DNA of 64,000 nt from Octopus sinensis (GCF_006345805.1 NC_042998.1:169074001-169138000); one strand, 5' to 3'. Shown: positions 26,353-38,932, counted from the stretch's first letter. Made by a program: numbers and translations. The notes: a model not told the origin generated them from the sequence alone.

Positions 26353-27545
26353 TTTTTTCTTATCATCAACAAGGAATCGAAAAGATGCAGAAAAATATCA
26401 GACCTTCACAAAGGACTTTTACAAAGAAAACGATTGGCGTGTTGACGGAAAAGATATACAAAGATGGGTGAGGGAGTGAAAACATTATACAATATTATAC
26501 AATATATAAATGGACGAATTAAGATTTTACATGTTCAATTCCTGCACGGAAATAAATAAGAAATATTTACAATAAATTAAAACAAGGCATAATTAAAAGG
26601 AAATAAAGCGTGAAAGCCTATAGGCAAGATCAGGTTGGTGAGCACTACTTCTTTTCTTGCCAGCCAATCTTTATATTTCTTGTGCACCCAAAAATGTTTG
26701 TTAGCATTTTGTTAGTATACATATATATCATTCTAAGCTAATTGCAACAATTCAACCTCAGAAATCATCTGCTGTTTTACGCATATAATTATCACAACCA
26801 AATGGAAAACGGTGCTCCAACTCTGCCCTAACCACCGAATATCTTTCATCACACGTTCATACATTAATGAACAAACGAAACTCATTTTTACAAACTTTAA
26901 AAGGTTTACTTGAACTCGTTCTACCGGAGAAATCGACAGCAATGCAAAACCGCATTAGTTGCATTCATCCAATTGAGTGTAGATGTATTTAACCCTTCAA
27001 CCGCGAAATTAAATTTCATGTGATTCAGATGATGATGTTAAATATCTACCAAAATATAGAATTGGTATTTCGCATTACATTACCTCAGTAAATTTGACAT
27101 ACCTCAGCAAAATTAGTTGCAAACATGTTTTTCTTCAACAAAGGATAGATTAGTAATTCAGTATTGAGTAGATATATATGATTTCAGCAGTAAAGGGGTT
27201 TAAAAAAACACAACACTCATGGCAATATAAAAGCTATAATCCCAAAAACACAACTGAAATAGCCAGCTTGATGAAAAGTAAGGGTAACTGGATCTCTTCA
27301 GTTTCACACACATATTTTTTAATTATCTTAATTTTTTAACTAAACAGTTTGAAACTTCGTATACTGGTGTAATTTCTCACGCTGACACGGCTTACTTTCA
27401 ACAATTTTGACTAAATTTCGTATTTTAGATGTTATTTCGTGTTAAAGTTGTCGTATTTGGGTAATTTTAACCAATCAACGACGTGTATTCAGCTGAAGAC
27501 AGTTACTGCTGTATGCAATAGTAATCGAAGAGCAACAACTTCCGG

Positions 27546-28090
27546 GTCATCTCTCCTAAATGTCACCACTCTGTTCTATTTATTTTTGTTTACTGCCTGT
27601 GTTGCATATTACACGCTTTTTTTTTTTTGATTTTTCGATCGCCTCTTTGTACGAGTGGTGAAAAGAAGCGATCGAAAAGCAAAGAAAAAAAGCGTGTAAT
27701 ATATAACCACCACCACCTCCACCGTGAACGACCAGGTTATCAGATGTTGCTACGCATCGCTGGTTACAATGCGCTTCGCATTGTTTTAGCCTTCAAATGA
27801 CGCCACCCCGCTGGGTAAGCGAGCAGGCCAACAGAAGAAAGAGTGAGAAAAAGTTGTGGCGAAATAGTACAGCAGGGGGTGCCATCACCCCCTGCCGGAG
27901 CCTCGTGGAGCTTTAAGTGTTTTCGCTCAATAAACACTCACAACGCCCGGTCTGGGAATCGAAACTGCGATTCTACAACCGCGAGCCCGCTGCCTTAATC
28001 ACTGGGCTATTGCACCTCCACGCAATATATAACACAGGCAGTAAACAAAGATGAAATAGAACAGAGTGGTGACATTTAGTAGAGATGATC
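27546..28090. repeat. ~220-bp palindromic element split by a SINE insertion
   Basis: Left arm ~27546-27645; right arm ~27658-27707 continuing at ~28034-28090. Confidence 0.8.
27708..28020 (-). mobile_element. tRNA-derived SINE (family C), full length
   Basis: Head ggaggtgcaatagcccagtgattaaggcagcgggctcg...gtttcgattcccagacc; 13-bp TSD tgtaatatataac / cgcaatatataac. Confidence 0.85.
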
Positions 28091-28190
28091 GAACACCAAG
28101 GAAAACAGAAACAGAATTAATTATCAAACAACTAAAGGAAATCACGAAGAACAAACCATAAAAAAAACAGATAAGTGACAATTACTTATA

Positions 28191-28703
28191 TCTATATATA
28201 TAAAACTGTAGTTGTGTGAGTGTCTGTCCCCTTCGATTTAGATTCCTAACTACTCCCACATTTTGCGGTGCAGTTTAACCAAATTCGGGTATCTTATAGT
28301 CGTGATTCATATCGAGCCCGTCTGAGTATTAGCGCGCGTCTACGATGAGTCTACGATTTTAAAAATAATTTAACATCATTTTTTATTCCATTTTAATGCA
28401 TAATTTTTCGTGTGTCGATGGCGGCGGAGTTGGCGTCCATGGTCACACCTGCACCTGTTTGCTTCTCCCCCTTCTTCCCTCCCTCGTGAAGCTGTGGGGA
28501 AAGGAGTGTAAGGAAATCAACGTCGTAAAGCGTTGTCAAGGAGACCAGCGTTCTTTTAGAATAACGACTTCATGGCTTGAAGACACCAAAACAGAAATGG
28601 CTAAGAAAGCCCGAATTGGCATCTATAAGGGAAGTAACTCTCTAAAAATGCTTATATGGTTATTTCCCTTACAAACCCGAGCAACGCCGGACGATACTGC
28701 TAG
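28191..28703 (+). mobile_element. Non-autonomous Helitron, family 2
   Basis: A|TCtatatata start, cccgagcaacgccgg hairpin, CTAG|T end; near-identical to 47914-48420. Confidence 0.85.
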
Positions 28704-28906
28704 TTTAATATAAACCGCGAAACAAGCAATAAAACACTGCTTATAAAAATTAGCAGTATCAAGAACAACAACTGCCCAGCTAAAATCCAACTCGCAATAA
28801 TAATCACAATTAACATACCCACACTTTGACATGGAACAATTGTCCTCGTCAAACTTTTATTGAAAATCGTCAATAGAGAAAGAAACGAAAAATAAAAATG
28901 CATACC

Positions 28907-29454
28907 GATTTCTTTACGACCCACAAGGGGCTAAACACAGAGAGGACAAACAAGGACAGACAAACGATTAAGTCGATTATATCGGCCCCAGTGCGTAACT
29001 GGTAATTATTTAATCGACCCCGAAAAGATGAAGGGCAAAGTCGACCTCGGCAGAATTTGAACTCAGAACGCAGCGGCAGACGAAATACATATTTCTTTAC
29101 AACCCACAGGGGGCTAAACACAGAGAGGACAAACAAGGACAGACAAATGGATTAAGTCGATTATATCGACCCCAGTGCGTAAATGGTACTTAATTTATCG
29201 ACCCCGAAAGGATGAAGGGCAAAGTCGACCTCGGCAGAATTTGAACTCAGAACGCAGCGGCAGACGAAATACATATTTCTTAACAACCCACAGGGGGCTA
29301 AACACAGAGAGGACAAACAAGGACAGACAAATGGATTAAGTCGATTATATCGACCCAAGTGCGTAAATGGTACTTAATTTATCGACCCCGAAAGGATGAA
29401 GGAGTCGACCTCGGCGGAATTTGAACTCAGAACGTTACGGCAGACGAAATACGG
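28907..29454 (-). mobile_element. Head-to-tail trimer of the head-less SINE-A unit (tail A)
   Basis: Units of 183, 184 and 181 bp; flanked by 21-bp TSD 28886-28906 / 29455-29475. Confidence 0.9.
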
Positions 29455-29739
29455 CGAAAAATAAAAATACATACCTTCGACATGTGGTAAAGATGTGCCT
29501 AAAAGAGCAGATGATTTCTAAGGACGAATTGTTGCAGTTAGCTTAGTTAGGTAGATGTGTGCACTACAAAAAAAAAGGCTAACAAACACTTTTGGGTGCA
29601 CAAGGAAAAAATATAAAGATTGGCTGGCAGACAGAGAAGTAATGCTCACTAACCTCATTTAGCCAATACTCTTGCACGATTTATTTAGTTCCCTTCCTTA
29701 TAGTAAGTATCTAAAAAGTAATATCTAAAGCTAACAAAA

Positions 29740-29970
29740 GGCGGCGAGCTGGCAGAAACGTTAGCACGCCGGGCGAAATGCGTAGCTATATTTCGTCTGC
29801 CGTTACGTTCCGAGTTCAAATTCCGCCGAGGTCGACTTTGCCTTTCATCCTTTCGGGGTCGATAAATTAACAACCAGTTACGCACTAGGATCGATGTAAT
29901 CGACTTAATCTGTTTATCTGTCCTTGTTTGTCCCCTCTGTGTTTAGCCCCTTGTGGGCAGTAAAGAAATA
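29740..29970 (+). mobile_element. SINE family A, full head with tail A
   Basis: ggcggcgagctggcagaaacg...gtttagccccttgtgggcagtaaagaaata. Confidence 0.9.
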
Positions 29971-31876
29971 TATCTAATGCCACAACCAATAACTAAAAAG
30001 TGTTGAACTCTGAAACAATCACAGATTTACTCCCCAAATATGCAGAGCCTGAAGCGATCTCTACCCTCACCAAATATGTACAAATACTCGTACAAACACT
30101 GCTAAATACCCAACATTTTGAAACCAGATAACATCATCAAATTTGTAAAGTCAAGACAACTCAATTAAACTAGCGTCTATTTTTAAGCTATACCTGCACA
30201 ACCCTCCCACACTTCCTCAGAACATACAGGCTAAAGTGCAAATAGCATTACACACATCAAAGAAGTTGTATAATTAATCTTCGTTTTCGTCAATGATTTA
30301 GGAAGAAAGTAGCGTCATCTCCCTTCTTACCTATATCGCCAGAGAACATCACTTACCTTAACACTCACAAACATAAACTTAGCACATACACACAGAATAC
30401 AAAATTACAACAAATTATATACAACACCTTCACTTCATTCACACAAAAGAATGCAAAACTTCACACAAACATTCTATGAACATTTGTGCAACAGAAATGC
30501 TTAGCGAAATGCTTAGCGGTACTTCGTCTGCCGCTACGTTCTGAGTTCAAGGGTTAGGGTTAGGGGGAGGTTTAGGGTTATTTACAGGATGTTGTCTCAG
30601 TTTTAGACGCAGCAAATGATTTTAGCTCAAAAGAGAGCATAGGATTGGTTAAAATTCGAAAAATTAAACTACGTTAAACAAACAAATTACAATTTTCTCA
30701 AGAAACAAGAGATAAAAATGTTTTATTTTGACACATTCTACCAGTATACGAAGTTTTAAAGTGTTTAGTTAACTAGAAATTGTCTGCCGTTCAAAAGGAA
30801 AAGATCTCGGCATTATATAAAAAAAAACAATATAGTTTCACTGAAAAGACGAACATTCCAAAGGTTATCCTCTCTCATCACTATTTCTCTGACTGAAGAT
30901 AGCTCTTTTAACCAATATGATAAACCAAAGTGGACTCGGACGCTAGTGTAATCGGAGAACAAGCAGCAACATTTTGCATCTGATAATAAAGAAACGACGA
31001 ATGGTCGGATAATCAGAGTAAAAGAAATTTAGTAAAGTTGGTGTAAAATTTAGGAAACATTTTAGTAAAATTGATAAAGTACACAAAACTAAGAGTGCCC
31101 AAGAGTGTGAAGAAACAGCAGAATAGAACCAATAACAGCAGAAGCACCGGACTCAAATCTTGAAAAGCTTCCATATTTCTTTAAATAATTCTAGATAAAA
31201 ATTAAAACCAACTCTACATAAAAATTTACATTGCTCAAAACTGCTTATATTAATTTGAAATACGTTCTCTCTGAAGACCTCAGAATTGATAGAAAGAGAT
31301 ATTATTTCCATTTTCCAGTCGTCAACACCTACATTGTATATGCAAATGATAAGCATCTCATCAATTTGTTTTTTCTAGCGTCACAAGTTGTAAACAGTCT
31401 TTCTGAAAATTTATAAAATCACACGTTTGTAAATAACGTGATTTTCATCTTTTTTAATATTCTTTATCCAAATTTTTTTTTTATTAAATATTGAATAATT
31501 TTCCATAATTGTCACAACATTATTTACAAGTGTCCACGCGGTGTCTTCGAAAAGTGTATACGTTCAAATATTAATTTAAATATTGAATTATTTTTGTTGT
31601 GAAATCCTTCCTCGAGAAAAGGGCTGGGGTTTTGTTAGATGGAATATGTAATGAATTGCAATTACCAATTTGGAGACTACCATCTAACAAGAAGCCTTGC
31701 TGTATTTACTTACAGCTCAGGAGGTTCTGTGTTCAAATCCTGTCGTGGTTAATATTTTGCCTTTCATTTTTTTCTTAGAGTCAATAAAATGAATTAACAG
31801 TCAAGTACTGGTATGAATTTAATCTACTAATTCTTTCCCCACCTCAGATTTCTAGCCTACTGGCTATGTAAGAAAA

Positions 31877-31916
<40 letters not shown>

Positions 31917-31968
31917 ATTATCATCATCATTATAATTATTATTATTATTATCATCATCATCATTATTA

Positions 31969-32345
31969 AGACGGTAAGGTGGCAGAATCGTTAGCATACC
32001 AGGCAAAATTTAGTGGTATTTCGTCTGCCGTTACGTTCTGAGTTCAAATTCCGCCTAGGTCGACTTTGCCTTTCATCCTTTCGGGGTCGATAAATTAAGT
32101 ACCAGTTACGCACTGGGGCCGATATAATCGATTTACTCCGTTTTACTGTCCTTGTTTGTCCTCTCTGTGTTTAGCCCCTCGTGGGTAGTAAGGAAATAGG
32201 TATTTCGTCTGTCGGGGTCGATTTTGCCTTTCATCCTTTCGGGATCGATAAATTAAGTACTTGTTACGTACTGGGGTCGATGTAATCGACTGATCCCCTC
32301 CCCCAAAACTTCAGCCTTGTGCTTTTAGGGGAAAGGATTATTATT
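31969..32345 (+). mobile_element. SINE-A dimer (head-core-tailA + core-tailB) between (ATT)n tracts
   Basis: Junction gaaata|ggtatttcg at 32198/32199. Same layout at 38933-39330 (-); similar at 62925-63270 (-). A monomer lies at 32503-32740. Confidence 0.85.
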
Positions 32346-32436
32346 ATTAATATTTATTTTTAATCTGCATGTTTGTCACAATCACTTGCCGAGACACATC
32401 CAGCATCATAGAGTGAGTGAAGGATAAGAGATGTTA

Positions 32437-32491
<55 letters not shown>

Positions 32492-32749
32492 ATTATTATT
32501 AAGGTGGCGACCTGATAAAATTGTTAGCTCGCTAGACGAAATGCTTAGCGGTATTTTGTCTATCGCTACGTTCTGAGTTCAAATTCAGCCGAGATCGACT
32601 TTGCCTTTCATAATTTCGGAGCTGATAAATTAAGTAGCACTAGAACACTGGCGGTCGATGTAATCGACTAGTCACCTCCCGACAAATTTCAGGCCTTGTG
32701 CCTTTAGTAGAAAGGATTATTGTTATTATTATTATTATTATTTGTCTAC

Positions 32750-33337
32750 AATGTCATGATCAACCAAAAGAATGTTTCGGTTCAAGGAAAGAGAGACAGC
32801 TGCAGAAAGGGAAGCATACGAAGAAACGAACAGACTGTGCACTACAAATGCTAGAGCATCTCAAAGTGATGAACAGAGGTATGCACGGCTGACAAGGAAT
32901 AGAATCTTCACTGCACAACGAAGGGCAGTTGCAACAGGTTAGAGAATCAACTTCTATTAAGCAGTTTTCAACTTTGATCCAGCAGTTCATTATGCAGATG
33001 ATGCTAGAGTTTCCATTGGTGCAATGACAACTGAGTGCATTCATTGTAAAGCAAGGAAGTGCTCTGGAAAGCACTGTGCTGCAGTGGTGGAAAGGTTAAA
33101 CTCCCTGCAGTCCCTCACCCTTAGGAGCCACTGAAGAAACTGTTGTCATCAACTGACCAAGATTCCAAGCACTTCAAAAACAAAATTAGACAATACAACG
33201 CTGCACTACAGATGGCATCATTTGGAGCCACAAGAGATTTAATTGAGCCAGGATTCATACAAACTTTCAAGATCCGAGGTCAGATTTATCATCGAATTGG
33301 CCTTCTAATACCTCTGTCAAATGAATCACCGAAATAA
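32750..33337 (+). mobile_element. Helitron RepHel N-terminal fragment
   Basis: IGAMTTECIHCKARK, CSGGKVKLP and KIRQYNAALQMASFG...FKIRGQIYHRIGLLIP, the typical Helitron pre-Rep region. Confidence 0.85.
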
Positions 33338-33640
33338 GCCTTTCATTGTTTATAATCTGTACCTGTTTTTTCGTTACGAAATAAGCTACACAAATCATGT
33401 TTTTGAATTATATGTATTTACTTTATATACGTATATGAGTTGAAAACTTTCTTTTAACGTTTCACTTAACGTCTATGTTCCATGCTGGCATGGGTTGGAG
33501 AGTTATTACTGTAGAAAGTTGGTATCTTAGCTACTAGTAGTTGAGACCTGCGTAATCTTGACGGCTTTTTTAAATTTCATTATTCTCTTTTACCTGGGCA
33601 AAGCCGTGTATTTCTGCCTGTGTCTTTTATTCTTTTCCTT

Positions 33641-33740
33641 NNNNNNNNNNNNNNNNNNNNNNNNNNNNNNNNNNNNNNNNNNNNNNNNNNNNNNNNNNNN
33701 NNNNNNNNNNNNNNNNNNNNNNNNNNNNNNNNNNNNNNNN
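33641..33740. other. Assembly gap (100 N)
   Basis: N run. Confidence 1.
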
Positions 33741-34199
33741 TAAAAATACACATGCATATACATATAGATATATATGTGTGTGTGTACACGTCTGTGTATG
33801 TGCGTGTGCGTGTCTATGCGCGCGCGCCCACGCACGCGTGTGTGTATGTGTCTGTGAGTACACACCCACTAGAGTGTTACCTTTGTCACTGTGGATATTA
33901 TCAGAAAATGTGGGATGTGTACATTGATTACAAAATCATGAATTTTTATGCTAATCTTCAAAAGAAAAATATTTAGAACTTTAGTATAAAATTCAACAAA
34001 ACAATATTCAGAGAGTGAGGAAACAACTGAAAGAAAAATTATTCTCCGTGATGATTTTATATTCTATAACTCCATTCACTTTCTCTCTTTTCTCCCTCAC
34101 TCCCTCTATCTCTCTTTCTCTCTTTCTCCACGCCTATACGCATATATATAGATATATAATATACATATATACATACATAATATATATATATATATATAT

Positions 34200-35215
34200 A
34201 TTTGAAATTTACAGAAAACAAAAGACAAAGGCAGGTGCATGAACAACAAGCAAGTGTATTAGATTGACACCAAGGAAAGTGGGAAAGTCTTTTACATTTC
34301 GAGCCTACGCTCTTCAACAGATACGAATAAGAGAAAATAAACAGAGAAAGAATTAAAAGAAAGAAAAAGAATTTAGTGGGTAAGCATGGCGACTGGTTGG
34401 AAAAAAGGTTTGACAGGAAAGGTTGAAAGAAGGGGCGATAATAAAGCATTTGTAATCCCAAAACGAAGGTGTGCGAGCGTATGTGTTTATGTGAGAATGT
34501 GTGTATGTGTGGATAGGGGTTAGTGACTTTGATGTGTGTGTATGTGTGCATGTGTAAGTGTGTGGGTCTGTAACGAGTGGTTGTGTGAATGATGGTGTGT
34601 AAGTATGCGATTGATGGTGTGTGGTGTGCGCGTTGGAAAGTGATCAGTGCTAGTGTGTGGGGTGGTGTGATGTGGTGTAGGGTGTGGGGTGGGTGGGGTG
34701 GGTGGTGTGGGGTGGAAGTCGGGTGGGAGTGGGATATGCGTTGGATGTGGTGTAGGGGTTGGGTGGAGCGTAAGGTGGGGTGTAGGAGTGGTATCAAGGA
34801 GTAGGGAAGGTCGGTAGAAGTGAAGAGAGGAAGTAAGTGTCAGATGAAGAGAGCAGAGGAAGCGTGAGTGAGAGTGAAGAAAGGAAGTGTGTATGAGATG
34901 TAGAGAGGATAGGAAGGAAGTCAAATAAAGAGAAGAGGGGATTTGAGCCAATATGGTGCAAACGAGCGAAGACAGAAGATCAATTGCAGTTCACAGCGAA
35001 GGTGGCAGTCCGGATGGCAAAGACAATCCTAACACAGACAGGTGTTGTAGTTAATGACCGGAAATGGCGCGAGATCGGGGTGCCATTGCCGAGTCTGATG
35101 TCTCGGAGGTGCTCCGCGAACCGGTCAGCCAAGCAGCGTCCCGTTTGACCGATATACAACCATGCAAGAGGTTGTACTGGATTCATGAGAGACCTCACAA
35201 GTAACTGCATACGCA
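34200..35215 (-). mobile_element. Penelope-like element 3' part with GIY-YIG endonuclease remnant
   Basis: LYIGQTGRCLADRFAEHLRDIRLGNGTPISRHF at ~35040-35170; low-complexity 3' region; hammerhead-like motif at 34289-34324. Confidence 0.85.
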
Positions 35216-35341
35216 CGCGTATACATATATATATACACACACAAGACACACACGCACACAAAGTATGGGAGTTTAGTTTACAGGTGATCTAAAAGATCAG
35301 GTACGCTAGGTAAGTGTTGTAACGGATTACTTTCCCTATTT

Positions 35342-35397
35342 GTCTCTGATGAAGGAATATCCTATGCTCTGGGATATCTCAGAAACAGCTGTAAGAC
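35342..35397 (+). ncRNA. Minimal type I hammerhead ribozyme motif (weak stem II base)
   Basis: gtct CTGATGA [atatcc..ggatat] GAAA C-AGCT-G TA agac; a 3' half-copy gaaacagctgtaagtc at 4941-4956. Confidence 0.65.
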
Positions 35398-35479
35398 TTT
35401 GAATTTTTTCCATATAATAATAATGTATATGTTTGCCTTACCTTAATGTTCGTTGTCCTCTTAACAATTCTATATATTA

Positions 35480-35570
35480 TAGATATAGATATAGATATAT
35501 ATACATATACATACACATTACATATGCAGTATACATTTATATATATATATATATATATACATATGCATAT

Positions 35571-35638
<68 letters not shown>

Positions 35639-35888
35639 TATATATATATACATATATTTGCATATATATATATTTATATATACATACATATATGCATATA
35701 TATATATATACATATATACATATATATACAAAATATACATATATACATATATCTATACGCACATATATATATATATAAATATCTATACATATATATCTAT
35801 ACATACATATATATATATATATATCTATACATACATATATATATCTATACATATATCTCTATATACATATATACATACATATATATAT

Positions 35889-35929
<41 letters not shown>

Positions 35930-35982
35930 GCATTATATATATATAAATACATATATATATATATACATATATATATACATAC

Positions 35983-36013
<31 letters not shown>

Positions 36014-36180
36014 CATACATATATATATACATACATACATACGTATATATATACATACATATATATATACATATATATATACATACATATATGTATGTAC
36101 ATACATACGTATGTATGTATGTATGTATGTATGTATGTATGTATGTATGTATGTATGTATGTATGTATGTATGCATGTAT
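35480..36180. repeat. Compound (TA)/(TACA)/(GTAT) microsatellite
   Basis: Direct inspection. Confidence 0.97.
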
Positions 36181-36229
36181 GTTGATAGAGCTGGAGCATC
36201 ATCCCCTAATGTATGTATGCATGTGTATG

Positions 36230-36715
36230 TACGAGTGTGGACTGAAAAGTTCATAGGATCTCTATGAAAGAGTGATGCTGGTGTTGTGAAATCTTGCATG
36301 CATTACTGTCAACTCTTGTTTCTTTCCATGTGAACTGACATTTGACCGTTCAAAGAAGACTTCGAAATTAACTAGTAATGACTTCTCTAAAAAATGAATA
36401 AGATTTAGTATTGTGATGTTATCAGGTACCTGCTGAAAAAAGGTTTAGCCCCCAACGGCATTCATACTGACATGGTAAGTACATTAAGGGAAGATGCTCC
36501 AGCTCTATCAACTGTGCAAAAGTGGGCAGCCGAATTTAGGAACAGAAGGGAGAAACTGAGGAAAACATTGATCGTGTTCACCACATAATGATGGATGACA
36601 GACAATTGACTATAAATCAAATAGCCAATGCTGTTAGTATATCCTGTGAGAGAATTGAGAATATTCTGTTCAAGGAACTTGGCATGACGAAGGCTTTTGC
36701 TCGCTGGGTGCAAAC
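36230..36715 (+). mobile_element. Mariner 5' half, decayed
   Basis: tacgagtgtggactgaaaagttcatagg terminus; HTH region ...DAPALSTVQKWAAEFR and MMDDRQLTINQIANAVSISCERIENIL. Confidence 0.8.
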
Positions 36716-38932
36716 CGTCGTATACACACACATACACATACACACATCTATATGTATGTGTGCGTTTGTGTCTGCATTTGTCCTCTATTACTACTTGACA
36801 ACCGGTGTTGGTGTGTTTAGGCTCAAGTAAATCGGCAAAAGAGATTAATAGAATAAGTTCCAGGCTCAATAAAGACATTGGGGTCGATTCGTTCGACTAA
36901 AAATGTTTCAAGGTGGACCCCACGCATGGCCGCAGTCTAATCAATGAAATGAATAAAAAATAAAAATCCTTTTGCTTTCGTTAAATCAATATCTGTCTGA
37001 GCTAAAATGAAACGGCTTTCGCCAGGTATCGAAACCTGCTCGGAAAATTGACGTTCCATATTACTGCTTGATCTATACTGTTGCCACTAGATTTTTCATG
37101 ATCAGGGATAATAAGGAAAAGCTTAAGGAGTGTTGGAAATTAAACTATCGAGTTTTGAATCATGGCTACATATCCGCTACAAACGTTTTTTTTTTTTTTG
37201 TTTTTTTTTTCACATGTCATGGTGCATCGAGCTGCCTGAAAAAGGAATCGTATATTCTGAAAATATATGCATTAAACTGATGCCTTATCTTGAGAATGAG
37301 AATCAACCGTCGTTTACTTCATGCTGCTAAATCCTGGGATGAGAAGAGACCATATGAAACGTCTGTTGCTCCTGGTAACAACTCTCTTTTTATCATTCTC
37401 ATCAATGTCAAATGGTGCATAAATAACGTTAAGTGTTGCATAAAGATGATGCACAAAACATTTATAGAATTGCTCAAAATAAATTATACTTATTTCCAGC
37501 TTATCAAGTATAAAAAATTCACATTGACAGAAACAAATATTTGGTGAGGGAAAAATACCGCAAACGGTCTTAATTTACTTTCCAATTAAGTGTATAAAAA
37601 TATATATATACTCTCTAGCAGAAAAACATAATTAAATGCAAATTTTAATTTTCTGCAGGAAAAAATACTCAGTTTTATATTTTTATAATATTTTTTATTA
37701 TCTAACACTTCACTAACAACCAGCTGTCTCTTGAGTTCCAATTTTAAAATAGTGAAAAAAAAAATTATCTCGTACGCTTTTTAAATCAACATCCGCCAAT
37801 GGGATTCAAAGAAAATAATGGCTATATATAGTTAAAAGATTTTTTTTACATTCGGCACATGACCAACATCTTAAGCATATGGGGGACGAGATGCGAGTCA
37901 ATTGAATCTACCCCCTGGTGGATTTGACGTCGGTAATAATTGCACTCAATCCTTTTTGCTTTTCCATTGTAGCTTGTAATAATAGACGCATTTTTAATAT
38001 TGATTTCTAACATTGGCACCAAGCCACAACTCTTTTGTGGAGAAGGTTTAATCGACTGAATCGAACATAATACCTGACTGGAGATTATTTTATCGAACCT
38101 GGAATGATGAATGTAAAGTCAACTACTGCTGTGTTTGGATTCAAAACATTGTACATAAAAAATGCTAACTCAGTCATACTACAAAAATTTAATTTGACAC
38201 TCAAGTGTTTATTCCATCTACTGCTTACCTATAGTATATAGAGAGCCAACAATAATGGTTTCAAATTTTAGCACAGTGCCAGCAATTTTTGAGGTGAGTG
38301 GAAATAATCGATTGCATCAACCCCAGTACTCAACTGGTACTTATTCTATCGATCCCAAAAGCATAAAAAAAAACGAAGCCAACTTGGATGGAATTTGAAC
38401 TCAGAACGTAAAGACGGATGAAATGCTGGTAAGTATATTGCCTGATGTGCTAACGATTCTGCCAGCTCGCCGCCTTGAAACTATGGTGGAATGAAGAATA
38501 AAGCATAATGCTCACAGTAAGACCACACATATTAAAAATGGCATTAAGGCAATTAAGCGTTCTAAGATATTCACAAAACAATGACATATTTTGATTAGGT
38601 AACCAGTGGCCATGCTGAGGTACCGCCTTCATGGAAATTTAGTCGAATAAATCGCCCCCAGTACTTACTATTTTAAAATCTGTTAATTATTCTGAGTCTC
38701 TTCTTAACAGCTACTTTAAGGAATATAAAAGAAAAATCATGACCACAGTCTAATGACTGAAATTAATCAAAGGATAAAAGGATGCACGCATATACACACA
38801 CAACGGACATTCACACAGTTTCCGGTCTATGTTTATCGGCCGCGCAGTGGAATTGAACCTGAAACTATGTAGTTGCAATGCGAGCTACTTAAGCACACAG
38901 CCGTGCCTGCGCCTAATAAGACATAAATATTC

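Noticed and set aside
26991-27205. piggyBac-like MITE (TTAA-CCCT ends)
   Set aside because: Right TIR and TTAA are too degenerate to support the call.
28907-29454. Regular array resembling CRISPR or a satellite
   Set aside because: Whole 183-bp units repeat with no unique spacers; eukaryotic SINE sequence with a TSD.
30010-30270. Possible LINE RT remnant (SIFKLYLHNPP...IALH)
   Set aside because: The YADD motif is absent; similarity is too weak.
30550-30580. TTAGGG-like repeats (interstitial telomere)
   Set aside because: Only 2-3 imperfect units; too short to support a fusion or healing site.
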